Assembly (NCBI GenBank): GCA_963514005.1
Contig: OY740798.1
Location: forward strand, 32,612,001-32,676,000
Reading direction: 5' to 3'
DNA: 64,000 nt
DNA from: Raja brachyura
Taxonomy: Eukaryota
A model generated the notes under the pieces. That model worked only from the letters and a program-made list of their open reading frames with translations, searched no databases and was not told the DNA's origin. Of the stretch, positions 42,801 through 52,940 are shown in pieces. How positions within the stretch are numbered: position 1 is the first letter of the stretch; every line of letters starts with the position of its first letter. Both the position numbers and the translations under genes were made by a program.

Positions 42801-45800
42801 CCTGCAAACTCCAAAGCACAAGACCTCCAAGTCCTCGCAACCTGTAATAAATTCACTGCAATTTCTGCCCTCACATCTTTGATTACATCAACAGAACTCA
42901 GCCACCATGCTCCGTTATCTTATATAATATCAAATCCACTTTCTGCTATTTAACTCTGCAGTCAATTGACAGGATTCTCTGGCATCAGGCCTCCTTGTCC
43001 CATAATAAATTAACAGCATCTGCCCATGCCGTTAATCAATGTAATCTTATCTATCCTGCCCTGTAATAAATCAACAACACTGCCTGCCCTCGTGCCCAAT
43101 AATGATTCAAGAACAATCCTTGCCCTTGTGTTCCACAGTGAATTAAATGCACTAGCAGCCTGTATTAAAGCAACATCAGCCTCTGCCCTGATACCCTATA
43201 ATAAGTCAAGAGCACTTAGTACAACATGTAGGAAAGAACTGCAGATGCTGGTGTATTCTAAAGATAAACACAAATGCTGGAGTAACAGCGTTGTTCCAAC
43301 CTATTTGTCTTCTCCATAAATGCTGCCTGACCCACTGTTATTCCAGCATTTTGTGTTCATCTTCAGTACTTCATATAACTTGACACCATTCTCCACCGTC
43401 ATACCTTGTAATAACGATGGTACATTTCGCTCCACACTGTAATAAATGGATTTCACTCTCCGCCTCATTTTTGGTAATGTTAACAGCACACCCATCTTCA
43501 CACACTCATACCTTACAATCTACAACATTTTCTGCCTTCAGCACATTTTTCTGTCACACTCCAATTTGTAATAAGTCAACACTCCTTTGTCTTTAAATAT
43601 ACCCAGCAAATATTACACCAGCAGCAGCTTTCAACCTTCCCCAGTGTTAAAATTATACTATTGTTATCCCTCACACTCCCGACCCTGCATTAAATCAGGA
43701 TTTTACACCAGTCGTCACCAATCTGTAGTATATTACCTGCACACTGCTATGTCAACAGAACTATGCCTTCAAAGTTGCATTTCATATTAAACTAATTACA
43801 CTATTCTCAAACACACGTTCAATCGTAAATTGGCAACAATCAGTCTACACACATGCCCACTTTAAATGCAGATGGCTCTGCTCAAGTCTCAGTAATGCAA
43901 AATGACATAATACTCCATCCATCTTTGTCTCTTTTGGTTTGATAGATGCAAGAAAGATTTGCAGACAGGACTGCCCATCTGGAGATGGAGAAAAAAGTGA
44001 GTAGAGGATCGGCAAATTAAATGGAGAAGTACAGAACACTGGTATTTTTAAGAACACTGTTTTTTACAACACTGTAACAGTCAATAGATTGGTGATAAGA
44101 TAGGTTATATAGTCACCTCTGTTACTCAGTAAAGAAAATGTATTTAGAGACAGAGTTCATTTAAAAGATAGAAGGAAAGGCAAACTCCAGCAACCTCCCC
44201 ATGCAAACAGGGTAATTGTCCCCAGAAAAAAATATGCGGTTGCATATAAATTTTGTGCATGATTGCAATCTCCAATTATTTCCAGTAAGGTGGTCTCTAA
44301 CACCTAACTGAGAGCAGAATTGCACAACCATTTCAGATTTGACATTGTACATCACTTTTTAAGGATCTGCATAGATTGTTGGATATTTCTGGGAATGAAC
44401 ACCAAATGATTAATAGAGTTGGAAATAGGCACAACAATGGATAATATTGACAGTGGACTCAGGGAATAGTAGGAAATTTAGTGTATAAAACAGACTAACT
44501 GGTGATGTAAGAAAGCAGAATTCCTTCTAAATTTCTGACCCACATATCATGCTGCGAATCTTTGCAAGGATTCTTTTTGTATTAAAAGATGGTAATAGAA
44601 CATGTCATCCAAAACTGAATGGAGAAGTGTTTGCTTATAGTCACCAAGTTAGCACATTTGCCATTTTACCCAAAAATACCCATATTGTCAGGGGGCCTAT
44701 ACTTTAAAACAATGTTGTGGGAAAATAGTTAAAAGTTCTTGAAATATGATGGTGGCAATGATTGTGTTGATATTAAAGCTAAAGTGAAGGCATGGATAGA
44801 GTAGTTTGTAAGATATAAAGCAAGGAGCAGGTACATTTTTCTTACATTGTCAAAGGTATTTGCTTCAATCTTGTATTTCCCCATAATTATTGGAGATGGG
44901 GGCTACATTTGTTTTAATTTTGCTGTTTTCAACAATTAAGATGCTTGGCAAACTAAGGAAAACATATTGGATATGTAGATAGATCACAGTGCAGTTAAGT
45001 GCATAGAGAGTAAATGCACTAAATAATATTGTTCTGCTAGTGGATGTTTTTTAATACTTTTACAATCTGGCAACAGATTGATAGAGATCTACAGAAAATT
45101 ATTCCTCAGCAACTAAAAAAGACCACAAAAGGATTAATGCCTTTTATGTTTTAGGATACAAACATTAAAACAAATAATTAATGTTGAATTGGAAAATAAA
45201 TTGGTACACCAATTAAAATATGTACATGTTTGGGCATACTGTCAGAGGATGGAAGAATAGGAAAAATACTGAGCAGACACAGTAGACATCAACAATGTTA
45301 TCTCATAAAGAATGGAATGAGCTGCCGGAGGTAGTTGGGGCAGGTATCACAACATCTAAGAAACATTTAGACGGGTCTATGGATAGGAAAGGTTTAGAGG
45401 GATATGGGCCAAACGCAGGCAGGCATTGTAGATGGTGCATGTTGGTCAGCGTGGGCAAGTTGTGCCAAAGGCCTGTTACCATGCTGTAAGATTATTTTCA
45501 GCTATTAGAGAGTTTTAAATGAAAGTTTAGAGACAGTAAATTATGATTTTTTTTAAAACTAGTAGGCACATCAATAACAGGTTGTGTAAAAGGGATAATC
45601 AAAAGAAGAACAATGTGCGATGTTAAAAGGATGGAATATGTGTTTAACTGGATCCTAATATAGAAGGAAATTGGATGTGTTTTTTTTTAAATTAAAGTAA
45701 TGTACAATAGTATAAACCAAAAATAACATAATACATGTACCACTTCTTGTTTTAAACTTTAATAGGAAAGTAACAGAAGGAAGAAAAAGAGAAATAGAGA

Positions 45801-46873
45801 AAGTTAGATAAAATAGCAAGTACATGAAAAAGTGAAAAGAAAAAGCCCGTAAAGACGTAGAGCACGAGGAAGAATAAAAGAATGAAAAATAAAAATAAGA
45901 TAAGATAAAAGGGACGTACCTACTTCATATCTTTACACACCCCTCACCAGGTCCTGAAACTGTTTATTTCCAGAGTTGTGTTGCACCCTATGCTTGTAAT
46001 AAGTCGATAAGCTAGGACGAATTTGGATGTGTTTTAAGTGCATGATATATATAAATGTCATGGCATATTAACTAGAGATGATATTAGGATAGTTTTTGCC
46101 GAGTAGTTGTTTTTCCAGTAATCCGATATGTTGACTTTACAAAACATTACATGACACTGTACTCGCATTGAATTGCTTTAATAGGAACGGAAAGCTTTAG
46201 AAAGAAGAATCTCAGAACTTGAGGAAGAACTGAAGGTATGAAGTCTTTTAGTTTTTCAATGCCTGAACTATACTTTATGTAAAGCAAACATTGTTCTATT
46301 AGTGATGGGTAACCTTATTCAAGCACAGATGATCCTAAGGGGCTTTAAACTGGACTTAATGTTGGAATGTTTTCACCACGAACAAGGGGAGATAACTGTA
46401 AAATAAGGGGCTGTTCATTTACAACTGAGGCGAGCAGAAATTTCCTCTATCGGAGGACAATAGACAATAGGTGCAGGATTAGGCTATTTGGCTCTTCAAG
46501 CCAGCACCGTCATTCAATGGAGGGTAGTGAATCTCTTCAATTCTCTGCACCAGAAGGTGATGGTGGTCAGATAATTACATAAAAGGTAGGGATAGATAAA
46601 TATTTGAATATCAAAGAATGACGGTTATGGGGATTTTTTAAGGAGAGAGGAGGACAGCAAAGATTAGCCATGGTCACACTGAATGGCAGGGCAGGTTTGA
46701 TGGGGGTGGTTACACTCTGCTTTTCTCCTATGCTTGTGTGCAATGGACAAGACTAAACATGAGAGTTGTTTTAACTATCTATTCAGGTTTTAACAGATTT
46801 GAGAGCTGACAACCAGAGACTGAAAGATGAAAATGGTGCACTGATTCGTGTCATCAGCAAACTCTCCAAGTAA
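781..46873 (+). CDS. PPP1R12C: Spliced CDS (3' part; 5' ankyrin exons lie upstream of the window) of protein phosphatase 1 regulatory subunit 12, most likely 12C (MBS85)
   Basis: 19 GT-AG exons join in compatible phases into a MYPT-family protein: [67 protein letters not shown], and C-terminal [21 protein letters not shown]. Paralogue choice (12C over 12A/12B) rests on recalled diagnostic segments [34 protein letters not shown] and a 17-codon QERFA exon. Family is certain; paralogue is less so. Confidence 0.8.
1080..1850. repeat. Degenerate minisatellite of about 24 bp (block 1)
   Basis: Recurrent TGAAGAATGCTGCATTGTTT-like units, strong T/G skew. Confidence 0.55.
2436..2719 (+). mobile_element. 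HE1-type tRNA-derived V-SINE
   Basis: tRNA-like head (B box GGTTCAATCC), CTCCGGTTTCCTCCCAC core, CR1-like tail. Confidence 0.88.
2860..4600. repeat. Degenerate minisatellite of about 24 bp (block 2), consensus near TGTGAAGAATGCTGCATTGTTTCT
   Basis: TGA(A/G)GA at 4259, 4283, 4306, 4330, 4354 (spacing 24, 23, 24, 24). Confidence 0.65.
6070..6150 (+). CDS. PPP1R12C: Probable cassette exon [27 protein letters not shown]
   Basis: Long pyrimidine tract, cag acceptor, gtgag donor; 81 nt, phase 0-0; contains the MYPT WRxxLRKTG motif. Confidence 0.75.
8833..9780. mobile_element. Palindromic Penelope-derived short element interrupted by a Tc1 derivative
   Basis: Arms TGTGTAGGAAGGAACTG...GGTTTA and TAAACCAG...CAGTTCCCTTCTACACA are inverted; centre has two opposed hammerhead-like cores. 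Confidence 0.7.
8997..9745 (+). mobile_element. Internally deleted non-autonomous Tc1 of the same family
   Basis: TA flanks, both TIRs, only the transposase C-terminus ([13 protein letters not shown]...) retained. Confidence 0.92.
10422..10634 (+). CDS. PPP1R12C: Exon FSGSPVK...[16 protein letters not shown]...[16 protein letters not shown]
   Basis: cag acceptor, gtttgt donor; 213 nt; conserved [14 protein letters not shown] and RSASSP motifs. Confidence 0.92.
10710..11950 (-). mobile_element. 5'-truncated Penelope-like retroelement (RT thumb, GIY-YIG endonuclease, terminal hammerhead-bearing repeat)
   Basis: Frameshifted minus-strand ORFs: [13 protein letters not shown] (RT thumb) and [18 protein letters not shown]...VARHFN...[17 protein letters not shown] (GIY-YIG); hammerhead-like core at about 10770-10800. 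Confidence 0.88.
12237..12355 (-). mobile_element. Penelope-derived short element, single arm
   Basis: GGAACTGCAGATGCTGG...CTCAGCGGG...GACGTTTCGGGTCGAGACC. Confidence 0.7.
12578..14227 (-). mobile_element. Full-length but inactivated Tc1 (DD34E-type) DNA transposon with long IR/DR-type inverted repeats
   Basis: TA at both ends; CAGTGCCCTCCATAATG termini; about 220-bp TIRs with inner direct repeats; transposase fragments [28 protein letters not shown] broken by stops and frameshifts. Confidence 0.95.
14319..14404 (+). CDS. PPP1R12C: Exon [28 protein letters not shown]
   Basis: ctttcag acceptor, gtaggg donor; 86 nt, phase 0 to 2. Confidence 0.88.
14799..15008 (+). CDS. PPP1R12C: Exon [15 protein letters not shown]...[11 protein letters not shown]...GYPK
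   Basis: cttcttgcag acceptor in frame, gttcgt donor; 210 nt, phase 2-2; RSSSYTRR is a MYPT motif. Confidence 0.85.
15609..15740 (-). mobile_element. Penelope-derived short element, single arm
   Basis: Same family; ends GACGTTTTGGGTCGAGACCCTTCTTCAGAC. Confidence 0.75.
16694..16976 (+). mobile_element. HE1-type SINE
   Basis: Homologous to 2436-2719. Confidence 0.85.
18440..18775 (+). mobile_element. Degraded CR1 3' end
   Basis: GGGGCACAGGTTTAAA...GAGCTGCCAGAGG...AAGGGCCTGTTTCTATGCT. Confidence 0.65.
20101..20380 (-). mobile_element. HE1-type SINE
   Basis: Reverse complement of the same family (GATCGAACCCGGG...CGCTGTAAGGCAGCAAC). Confidence 0.85.
21074..21208 (+). CDS. PPP1R12C: Putative central cassette exon [44 protein letters not shown]
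   Basis: cttcactag acceptor, gtactg donor; 135 nt, phase 2-2, open frame, at the position of the MYPT central-insert exons. Confidence 0.55.
21935..22072 (+). CDS. PPP1R12C: Exon [45 protein letters not shown]
   Basis: tttccttgcag acceptor, gtaag donor; 138 nt, phase 2-2; resembles MYPT1 SFGRRQDDLISSSVPS. Confidence 0.88.
22546..22635 (+). CDS. PPP1R12C: Exon [29 protein letters not shown]
   Basis: ccttcag acceptor, gtacca donor; 90 nt, phase 2-2; ends in RERR, leading into RSYLTP. Confidence 0.85.
23300..23625 (-). mobile_element. CR1 LINE 3' end
   Basis: CATAGAAACATAGAAAATAGGTGCAGGAGTAGGCCATTCGGCCC tail matching the one at 57967. Confidence 0.88.
23723..23813 (+). CDS. PPP1R12C: Exon [30 protein letters not shown] (inhibitory phosphosite, MYPT1 T696 equivalent)
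   Basis: Highly conserved MYPT inhibitory motif; ctcag acceptor, gtgag donor; 91 nt. Confidence 0.97.
24541..24717 (+). CDS. PPP1R12C: Exon [15 protein letters not shown]...EKEKEK...SQDE
   Basis: tgtag acceptor, gtgag donor; 177 nt; conserved [12 protein letters not shown]. Confidence 0.95.
25968..26106 (+). CDS. PPP1R12C: Exon [24 protein letters not shown]...PLDNK
   Basis: tgcag acceptor, gtattg donor; 139 nt, phase 0 to 1. Confidence 0.85.
27362..27489 (+). CDS. PPP1R12C: Exon [11 protein letters not shown]...[21 protein letters not shown] (MYPT1 T853-equivalent site)
   Basis: cctacag acceptor, gtaagt donor; 128 nt, phase 1 to 0; RRRPRxKRRSTGV motif. Confidence 0.93.
27984..28116 (-). 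mobile_element. 133-bp short retroposon with a 5' HDV-like ribozyme and a (GAA)n 3' tail, inserted in a CR1 3' tail
   Basis: Flanked by the 12-bp direct repeat TGTTTCTGTGCT (27972-27983 and 28117-28128); minus-strand end ...GCACGCCACACGAAAGAAGA; a second partial copy lies at 55550-55629. Confidence 0.8.
28064..28116 (-). ncRNA. Minimal HDV/CPEB3-like self-cleaving ribozyme (predicted)
   Basis: Minus strand GGGUUGA A GAUUGCA ACC UUCACGU GGU CCAACCU GU UUCGA CUAA UUCAAUC fits the nested double pseudoknot order P1-J1/2-P2-P3-L3-P3'-P1'-P1.1-(P4)-J4/2-P2'. Confidence 0.75.
29487..30430 (-). mobile_element. CR1 LINE 3' fragment
   Basis: Homologous to 33557-34680 (GGAACTCCACTAGTCAC; CR1 3' UTR). 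Confidence 0.85.
30731..30933. mobile_element. Palindromic Penelope-derived short element
   Basis: Inverted arms around GGTGACGTTTCGGG...CGAAACGTCATCC. Confidence 0.7.
31353..31412 (+). CDS. PPP1R12C: Exon [20 protein letters not shown]
   Basis: ctttttccag acceptor, gtatg donor; 60 nt, phase 0-0; acidic like the MYPT1 equivalent. Confidence 0.85.
31430..31850 (+). mobile_element. CR1 LINE 3' end
   Basis: Reverse complement of the above tails; ends TTCTATGT. Confidence 0.85.
32153..32169 (+). CDS. PPP1R12C: 17-nt microexon TDNLS(S/R)
   Basis: ttttttttgcag acceptor, gtaag donor; needed to shift phase 0 to phase 2 for the next exon. Confidence 0.8.
33557..34680 (-). mobile_element. CR1 LINE 3' fragment
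   Basis: [16 protein letters not shown] and [15 protein letters not shown]; same tail. Confidence 0.92.
34733..34865 (+). CDS. PPP1R12C: Exon [11 protein letters not shown]...[15 protein letters not shown]
   Basis: tttag acceptor (second in-frame acceptor would start the exon at 34739), gtaca donor; phase 2 to 0; resembles MYPT1 SRLEKDDSTDFKK. Confidence 0.8.
35471..35575 (+). CDS. PPP1R12C: Coiled-coil exon [35 protein letters not shown]
   Basis: ctgtag acceptor, gtaag donor; 105 nt; conserved LYE...LEKATQ. Confidence 0.95.
37090..38280 (-). mobile_element. Old degraded non-LTR retrotransposon remnant (clade uncertain)
   Basis: Resembles from memory a common elasmobranch LINE; no intact ORF. 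Confidence 0.35.
38757..38970. mobile_element. Palindromic Penelope-derived short element with two opposed hammerhead-like cores
   Basis: GAGACCCTTCTTCAGAC...GTCTGAAGAAGGGTCTC centre with about 90-bp inverted arms. Confidence 0.78.
39527..39690. mobile_element. Collapsed palindromic Penelope-derived element
   Basis: Same arms, degenerate centre. Confidence 0.6.
41191..41365. mobile_element. Collapsed palindromic Penelope-derived element
   Basis: TGTGTAGGAAAGAACTGCAGATGCTGG arm plus inverted CCATTCCTTCTCTCCAGAGATGCTGCC. Confidence 0.7.
43227..43365. mobile_element. Penelope-derived element remnant
   Basis: Same arm sequences, centre deleted. Confidence 0.6.
43946..43996 (+). CDS. PPP1R12C: Exon [17 protein letters not shown]
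   Basis: gatag acceptor, gtgagt donor; 51 nt; conserved QERFADR. Confidence 0.92.
45305..45490 (+). mobile_element. CR1 3' end
   Basis: ATGGAATGAGCTGCCGGAGG...GGTTTAGAGGGATATGGGCCAAACGCAGG. Confidence 0.7.
46185..46235 (+). CDS. PPP1R12C: Exon [17 protein letters not shown]
   Basis: aatag acceptor, gtatg donor; 51 nt. Confidence 0.95.
46310..46730 (+). mobile_element. Degraded CR1 3' end in the last intron
   Basis: AAAATAAGGGG...GGTAGTGAATCT...GATTAGCCATG...GAATGGCAGGGCAGG. Confidence 0.6.
46787..46873 (+). CDS. PPP1R12C: Terminal coding exon [28 protein letters not shown] (leucine zipper)
   Basis: ttcag acceptor; canonical MYPT C-terminus; TAA at 46871-46873. Confidence 0.97.
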   Translation, partial: VLTDLRADNQRLKDENGALIRVISKLSK

Positions 46874-49800
46874 CTGGTCTTCACGTCAACACTTGCACAA
46901 AGCTTTCTGGAGTGATGGAATGTACTGCCACTGGTCTCCATGCCCAGACGCTTGCCTCACCCTTTCTATAGAGGGATTGCTATTCAAGCCACGACTATTG
47001 CTATTACAGCAGCACTTGGACTGCCATCCCTGGGTAATTTGGAAAGGCATGTTCATTGAAATCTGTATAAATGATGCTCGTAACCGGTACCTATATAGCC
47101 ACACCACAGAGGAACAGCAATTCTGTGAGGAATAGTTATAAATGGGAGCCCACGGTCTTTGATGATGACAACTGTCCCAATCACCACACAGGACCACTCT
47201 TCATTCATGTGACTTTGATGACAAAACAGCACTTTGCTTCGTTATTAATACATGACGAGTTGAAGAAATTGACACATCATTGGTCAGATTGGAGAGATGG
47301 AGTGGAAAGTTGTGCTTAACAGGTTCTTCATTTTGGGTTGTTTAACAAGGGAATGGAACAGAAAAATACACATGCATTTGTTTTAATTAGTCCATTATTA
47401 TTTTGATCTTGAAAATATGCAAAGCCTCACCAGTTCCTCCATTGTGCATGGAACTTATTGTCGAGTTACTGACCTCTGCAGACTGTTTTACAGGATTGTG
47501 ACTTAGGAATTAGTTAAGGCTTCACCCTCTCACACAATATTCGGTGCCCCCAAACGCGAGTCGTACTTACTTTCATGACCAAACTTGCGAATATTTTAAC
47601 TGGTTCCAAGATACTGCTGCTTGTAGAAGGGAAGATACAAAAGGAAAGTACCAATAAGAAATTATTTCCAGCAGGAATGGATGGAGCCCAGGTAGTGGAT
47701 ATATATGCAAGGTGCACTTTAAAAAATGGCTCTAACACCCAAGTCATTGTTATTTGGGTATAACCTTGCAGAGGATTGTACAAGCAACAATGGAGAGATC
47801 CTGAATGGTTGGTACAGTCACGAGGGGCAGACAGAGGTACTTTTAATTCCTGATCTGGCCAAACTTAATGGAGGAAATAAAAAAGGGCAAAAACTACACG
47901 TAATGCTAGTGTAAATTTATCATAAAATTGGCACGTCATTTTTGTTCAGTTGAAATTTCTCTAATATTCTCTGCCTTCCCTTAAGTTGCTGACATTTCAT
48001 TCCCCTCATCTCCAACTATTTTGACGCATGTGCCTAAATTTATTTCTTTTTCCTCCTCTCATTAGCTCCCCTATTGCCAAATAAAAACCAAAGTATGTGT
48101 GTTTACGTTGAGGCAATATAGTTTACAGATCTCCATATTGTACAGCTTACCGTACTGGCTCTGATATAAAAGCCCTAAACGAAGCTAACTGTACAACATG
48201 GTTTTTTGATTTGTTATGACTCAGAGAAAGATTTATATTTTTGTGACACTTTGGAAATATCCCAGAACACAATGGTTATTGTTAAAGGCGTAGGAAACTT
48301 AGTGTATTAACAATATGCTTTGAGTAATGGCTGAAGAGAGAATGTAGACTGGGGCATCTGGAAAACACAGTTCCTCTCTTTGAAAAATACCATGAAAACT
48401 AAGTTTCCACCAAATTCACTGGAATCAGCAAGTGGATATGGGACCACTTTCTCTTTCACCAGGAGCTTCATCCAACGGTCTTTGAATGCTGCAGAGTTTT
48501 AGTCTACAGTGTACATCCAGCTCCTTAAATGGAACTTGAACCAAAATAAGTGTAGGAAAAACTGCAGATGCTGGTTTATACCAAAGATCAGCACAAAATG
48601 TTGGAGTAACTCAGCAGGTCGGGCAGCATCTCTTGTATGAAGACAAAGGAATAGATGATGTGAAGAAGGTTTCTTGACCTGGAACAGAAACTGCCTTACT
48701 TTCCAAGTTACTACAGCATTTTGTGTCTATTTTAAACAAAACAACTGTGGCAAGAGTTGTACTCTAATTTGAGAAAAACCAACAGGAAATATTAATTTTG
48801 GTGTTCATTCTTTCCTTTTTGTATGGAAGACTTTAATGGCCAATTTTCAAAATCAATCAAAACATTGGGGGGGCGGGGGGGGTGGTTCCTTCAATACTAC
48901 CATGGACCTCATCTTGCGTGCACTTAAGTAATGAATGCAGTGACTTGACCAAAACTATTGCAAACCCCGGGCCAGCTCTACCCAGATCAAAAGTTGCATT
49001 ATTTACGAAAACATTATCAAATTGCAGGATCGGATGCATTAATCACTAAAAATTAAATGTTTGAATGGCCATGATGACAGTGAATGCTATTGCAGGGCTT
49101 TTTGATAAAGGTGGTCATGCCTCTCATTGTTTCAGCAGGTTTTTATTTTGTAGTCATTGTCGTGACTTTCCCATATTGCTTGTGATAATTATCTGAGTAA
49201 ATGCCATATATTCCACAAAAAACTCTCTTACTGCAAGCAAAATGTTAACCATTGAACCAAAGGACGACTTCAATAACACAAGAATTCCCTTGCACTGCTG
49301 TAGATTTATCTCATTTGTTAAGTTGCCATAGGAAATTAAAGTGACCTTTATGCCTCTGAGGATCAGATTCGAGATGTGGTCTATCACGAGGACTGGATAA
49401 TGCACTACCCAACTGTCCCACTGGTCTACACTACCCTAAGATTTTGAAATGCTGTTGAGGTTTTCTATAGCGTGCCCTGATCCATGACTCGTGCTTTGGC
49501 TGCTGGCTTTTCACTACAGGTCGGAAAATTCACCGTCCTTTCCCATGGTTCAAAAGTCTGCAATGAGATAGAGAGGTCGATTTGGCTGAAAGGTCCCATC
49601 GTTGTGATAGTGTTTAAGTTCAGGGAATATTGTTAATTAGCTCACCGTTTGTTAAATGCAGCATGGGATTCTCTACCAATTTTTTTTTTTTGCATACATT
49701 GAGACCGACAGGAGATGAAACAGCCAGATGCTGTTAACAGTTCTATTACAGAGATAGGTGAATCAGTAAGAGAGGTTTGATAATCATTGTGTAACTCATT

Positions 49801-50280
49801 TAAAGAGGTATAAAGAGGAAATAAATCACAATCATGAGGCAAGGAAGTTTGCCAAGAGTGGCTAACTTCCAGTTGGCTTAAAGTAAGCGGGTTATATTAT
49901 CTATGATTTTGCTATTTTTGTACTGATCGAAGGCAAATAGTTTTTATGTACTAGTTCAATATAGACTGAAACTACATACAGTGGCACTGTTATGGAGTAA
50001 GTAATGTCAGTAGGTGGAGGAGAGAATCACCAAAAGAATGGATGAAAATGTTTCCCATGTCGTACCTGGGTGGACCATTTGTGCAGAGATCTATGTTTAT
50101 ACATTTAAAGCCATTTGTCTCTTGAAATCCAAAATTCAGAATAGATCAGCACATTTGGAAAAGCTGAGGAGGAATGGGTTCAGGGCTTCCTTTATGCTAT
50201 GTGTATCGGGTTGGTGAACACTACACATACCGCATCACTCGTGCAATAAAGCTGAGTTTATCTTATATGCAATAATGTAT
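46874..50280 (+). other. Probable 3' UTR with candidate poly(A) signals
   Basis: Repeat-poor sequence after the stop; AATAAA at 47876, 48080 and 50245 (the last followed by a T/GT-rich tract). The true end cannot be determined from sequence alone. Confidence 0.4.
48550..48730. mobile_element. Penelope-derived element remnant in the probable 3' UTR
   Basis: GTGTAGGAAAAACTGCAGATGCTGGTTTA...GAGTAACTCAGC arm and partial inverted arm. Confidence 0.6.
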
Positions 50281-51769
50281 GTTACTTTTCTATAGGCTTG
50301 CCTGCAAATTGCACAAATTCGTATTGTATAAAAGCCACAGATGTGTTTGAAACCAGTTCTATATATTTCACCTGCCTTTCAAATGTAAACTATATATTCT
50401 TGTACATTTTTATGTTAATATTTAAAAGAAAATTGTGTCAGACTAATTCACATCAACCAATGGTTGGAAGTCAATTTGCTGTTGATAAAAATGAAGAGAC
50501 AAGCTTCGTTTGTGAAGTATCATAGTGACTTTCCATTGCAAGCTACATGGCTCTCAAGCTGTCCCTTCACCATCAAACTTCACCCTTCACTTTTATACTT
50601 GAGCTTTACTCAGGTTACTGAATTCCCACCAAGAGTCCTAATTCTCACACAGAATTCACTCTCAGGCATTATTCTCCCACTTAGTTCAAGGTTTGAAAAA
50701 TAAAACAATTGCCCCTCTCCTTCCCCCTCCCTCACCACTTGCTGAGATTAAGCTTCTTCACAATCTGGCTCAACCTGTTGGTTTGGTTGAAAACTTCCAT
50801 TGGGCCCTATTCCATACAGGTTGGTAAATGGGGGATGCAATAAATTGGGCACTCAAATACTCGAGTACTTCTATGTTCAGCGGAGGTACCATGACCATAA
50901 AAGCAAATGTTTCAAAAATATTGCACTTATACTTGATACGCCAGAGCCATGAGCCAGACTACCCTTCTGCCTTTTACACTAAAACTAAATCAAACCCAGG
51001 CAGAGGATATGGAGGTTCTCTCTTTAATAGGATGTGAGCGTCTCACCACTATCTATTAAGTTTTGGCACCTTATTTTGAAACCTGTTGGACAAGTGAAAA
51101 TGTATCTATTGAAATTTCGTTTTCAGTAAATGTATAACATTTGGAATTTGTTTCTGGTGCTATTTGGGCATTGCCACTTCAAGATGGCTCAGATGGAAAT
51201 GGAACTCCCCAAGCCATTTAGGCGAGAGCCGAATAGGGCACTTTTAAAAAGCTATTAAGATTTTGTTGAGTTAATCTATGCTGCATTTGACCCGGGAATA
51301 CATGATACTGATAGTAGGTGTAAAAGTGAAAATATATGCCAATCCCTGCACTGACATCCCTCACATTGATGAGCACAATAATGCACCAAAAATAAAAAGA
51401 TATATTTTACAAAAAAAATGCTGACCTGATGTAGCTATTTCTTTTGCTGCTTCCAAATTTTATGTTATGTTTACGCTTTGCGTAAAGCTATTTTTCTCCC
51501 AAAAGATGTATGCATGGAACTTATTTCAGTGAGGGAACTCTGAGAATTCTATGCTGTACATATCGAGGAACAAAAAGGTAGGAAATATATTAATATGGGG
51601 CAAATTTAACCAAAGTGCCATTCACTAATCATTGGTGGTCCAACATTGGTCCACAAATTACAGTGGTCCATTTGTCAATCACGTTCAAATTATTCTGTTA
51701 ACTCGCCCTTCCTATCTTTGATGCTGCCTGACCTGCCTAGTTACTCCTAACACTTTTGAGATTTTAGAG

Positions 51770-52940
51770 GGAACCATGCTGACCAAGATGCCCTATCCAA
51801 GATAGTCCCATTTGCCTGCATTTAGTCCATGTCCCTCTAAACCTTTCCTATCCATATACCTGTCCAAGTGTCTTTCAAATGTTGCTATTGTACCTGCCTC
51901 AACTACCTTCTCTGGCAGTTCATTCCATATACCCACTGTCTTCCGAGTGAAGATATTGCCCCTTGGGTTCCTATTAAATTATTCCCCTCTCACCTCAAAC
52001 ATAATGTTCTCTGGTTCCTGATTTCTCTAGCTTGGGTAAAAGACTGTGTTCACCCTATCTATTTCCGTCATGATTTTATACACTATTGCAAGTTCTTGCC
52101 ATTCATAATCATAGGAGTAGAATTAGGCCTTCGGCCCATCGAGTCGACTCCGCTATTCAATCATGGCTGATCTAACTTTCCCTCTTAACCCCATTCTCTC
52201 CATTTAATGGCCATTAATTTTCATCATGGGCACCAATTATACAATATGCTTTAACAATTGGGTTATCATCACATATAACATAGAACACTACAGTGCGGGA
52301 GCACTGACCATAATGGCAGTCACATCTCATCTGCCTCACATGGTTTGTCTAAATATCTCTTGAACATTGCTATCATATCTGATTCCAGTACTTCCTCTAG
52401 AAAACATGTTTGAGGCATTTATCACAATGCAACTAAAACAAATTGCCCAGCAATTCTCCTTTAAATTCCCCTCTTACCTTAAACGTGTGCCTTCTATTAT
52501 TTGACATTTCTACTCTGGGCTATAGACTCTGATTCCCTCCCTATTTATGCCTCTTAATTTTAGATATAGCTTTCAAGTCAGCCTTCACCCTCCTGCTCTC
52601 CAGATATAACAATACAGGTTTCAAGAGTAAAATTTTTTAAAATTGTCATATGTACCAAAAACAGAACAATGAAATTCTTCCTTGCAACAGCATAACATTG
52701 TATAACATACATATGTAGATAACACTGTACTCATTGATAAGAGTATTCGTTATAAAGGTTTGAACTTATACCAAGTACTCACCAATCCTGATAACATACT
52801 GGTGAATCTCTTACACACTCCAAAGCCTTGACATGCTTTCTGTAATATAGCAACCAAAAATGCACACAATACTCCAAATGCGGCCTAACTAAAGTTTCAT
52901 ACAGATGTAACATAACTTGCCAACTTTTATACTCAGTCTA
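51770..52940 (-). mobile_element. Cluster of degraded CR1 3' fragments
   Basis: CCCTCTAAACCTTTCCTATCCAT; TGCACACAATACTCCAAATGCGGCCT. Confidence 0.65.

Larger units (their letters stand above)
40180..43800. repeat. Degenerate minisatellite of about 36 bp, consensus near TGTAATAAATCAACAGCAATCTCTGCCCTCACACCC
   Basis: AATAAA spacings 40991/41028, 41915/41951, 42278/42314; strong C/A skew; interrupted by short transposon insertions. Confidence 0.75.

Noticed and set aside
40180-43800. CRISPR-like array suggested by the 36-bp periodicity
   Set aside because: Units are degenerate and contiguous, with no identical repeats and unique spacers and no cas genes; eukaryotic context.
46236-46786. MYPT1-type 31-nt LZ-switch exon in the last intron
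   Set aside because: The intron is mostly degraded CR1; no matching exon seen.
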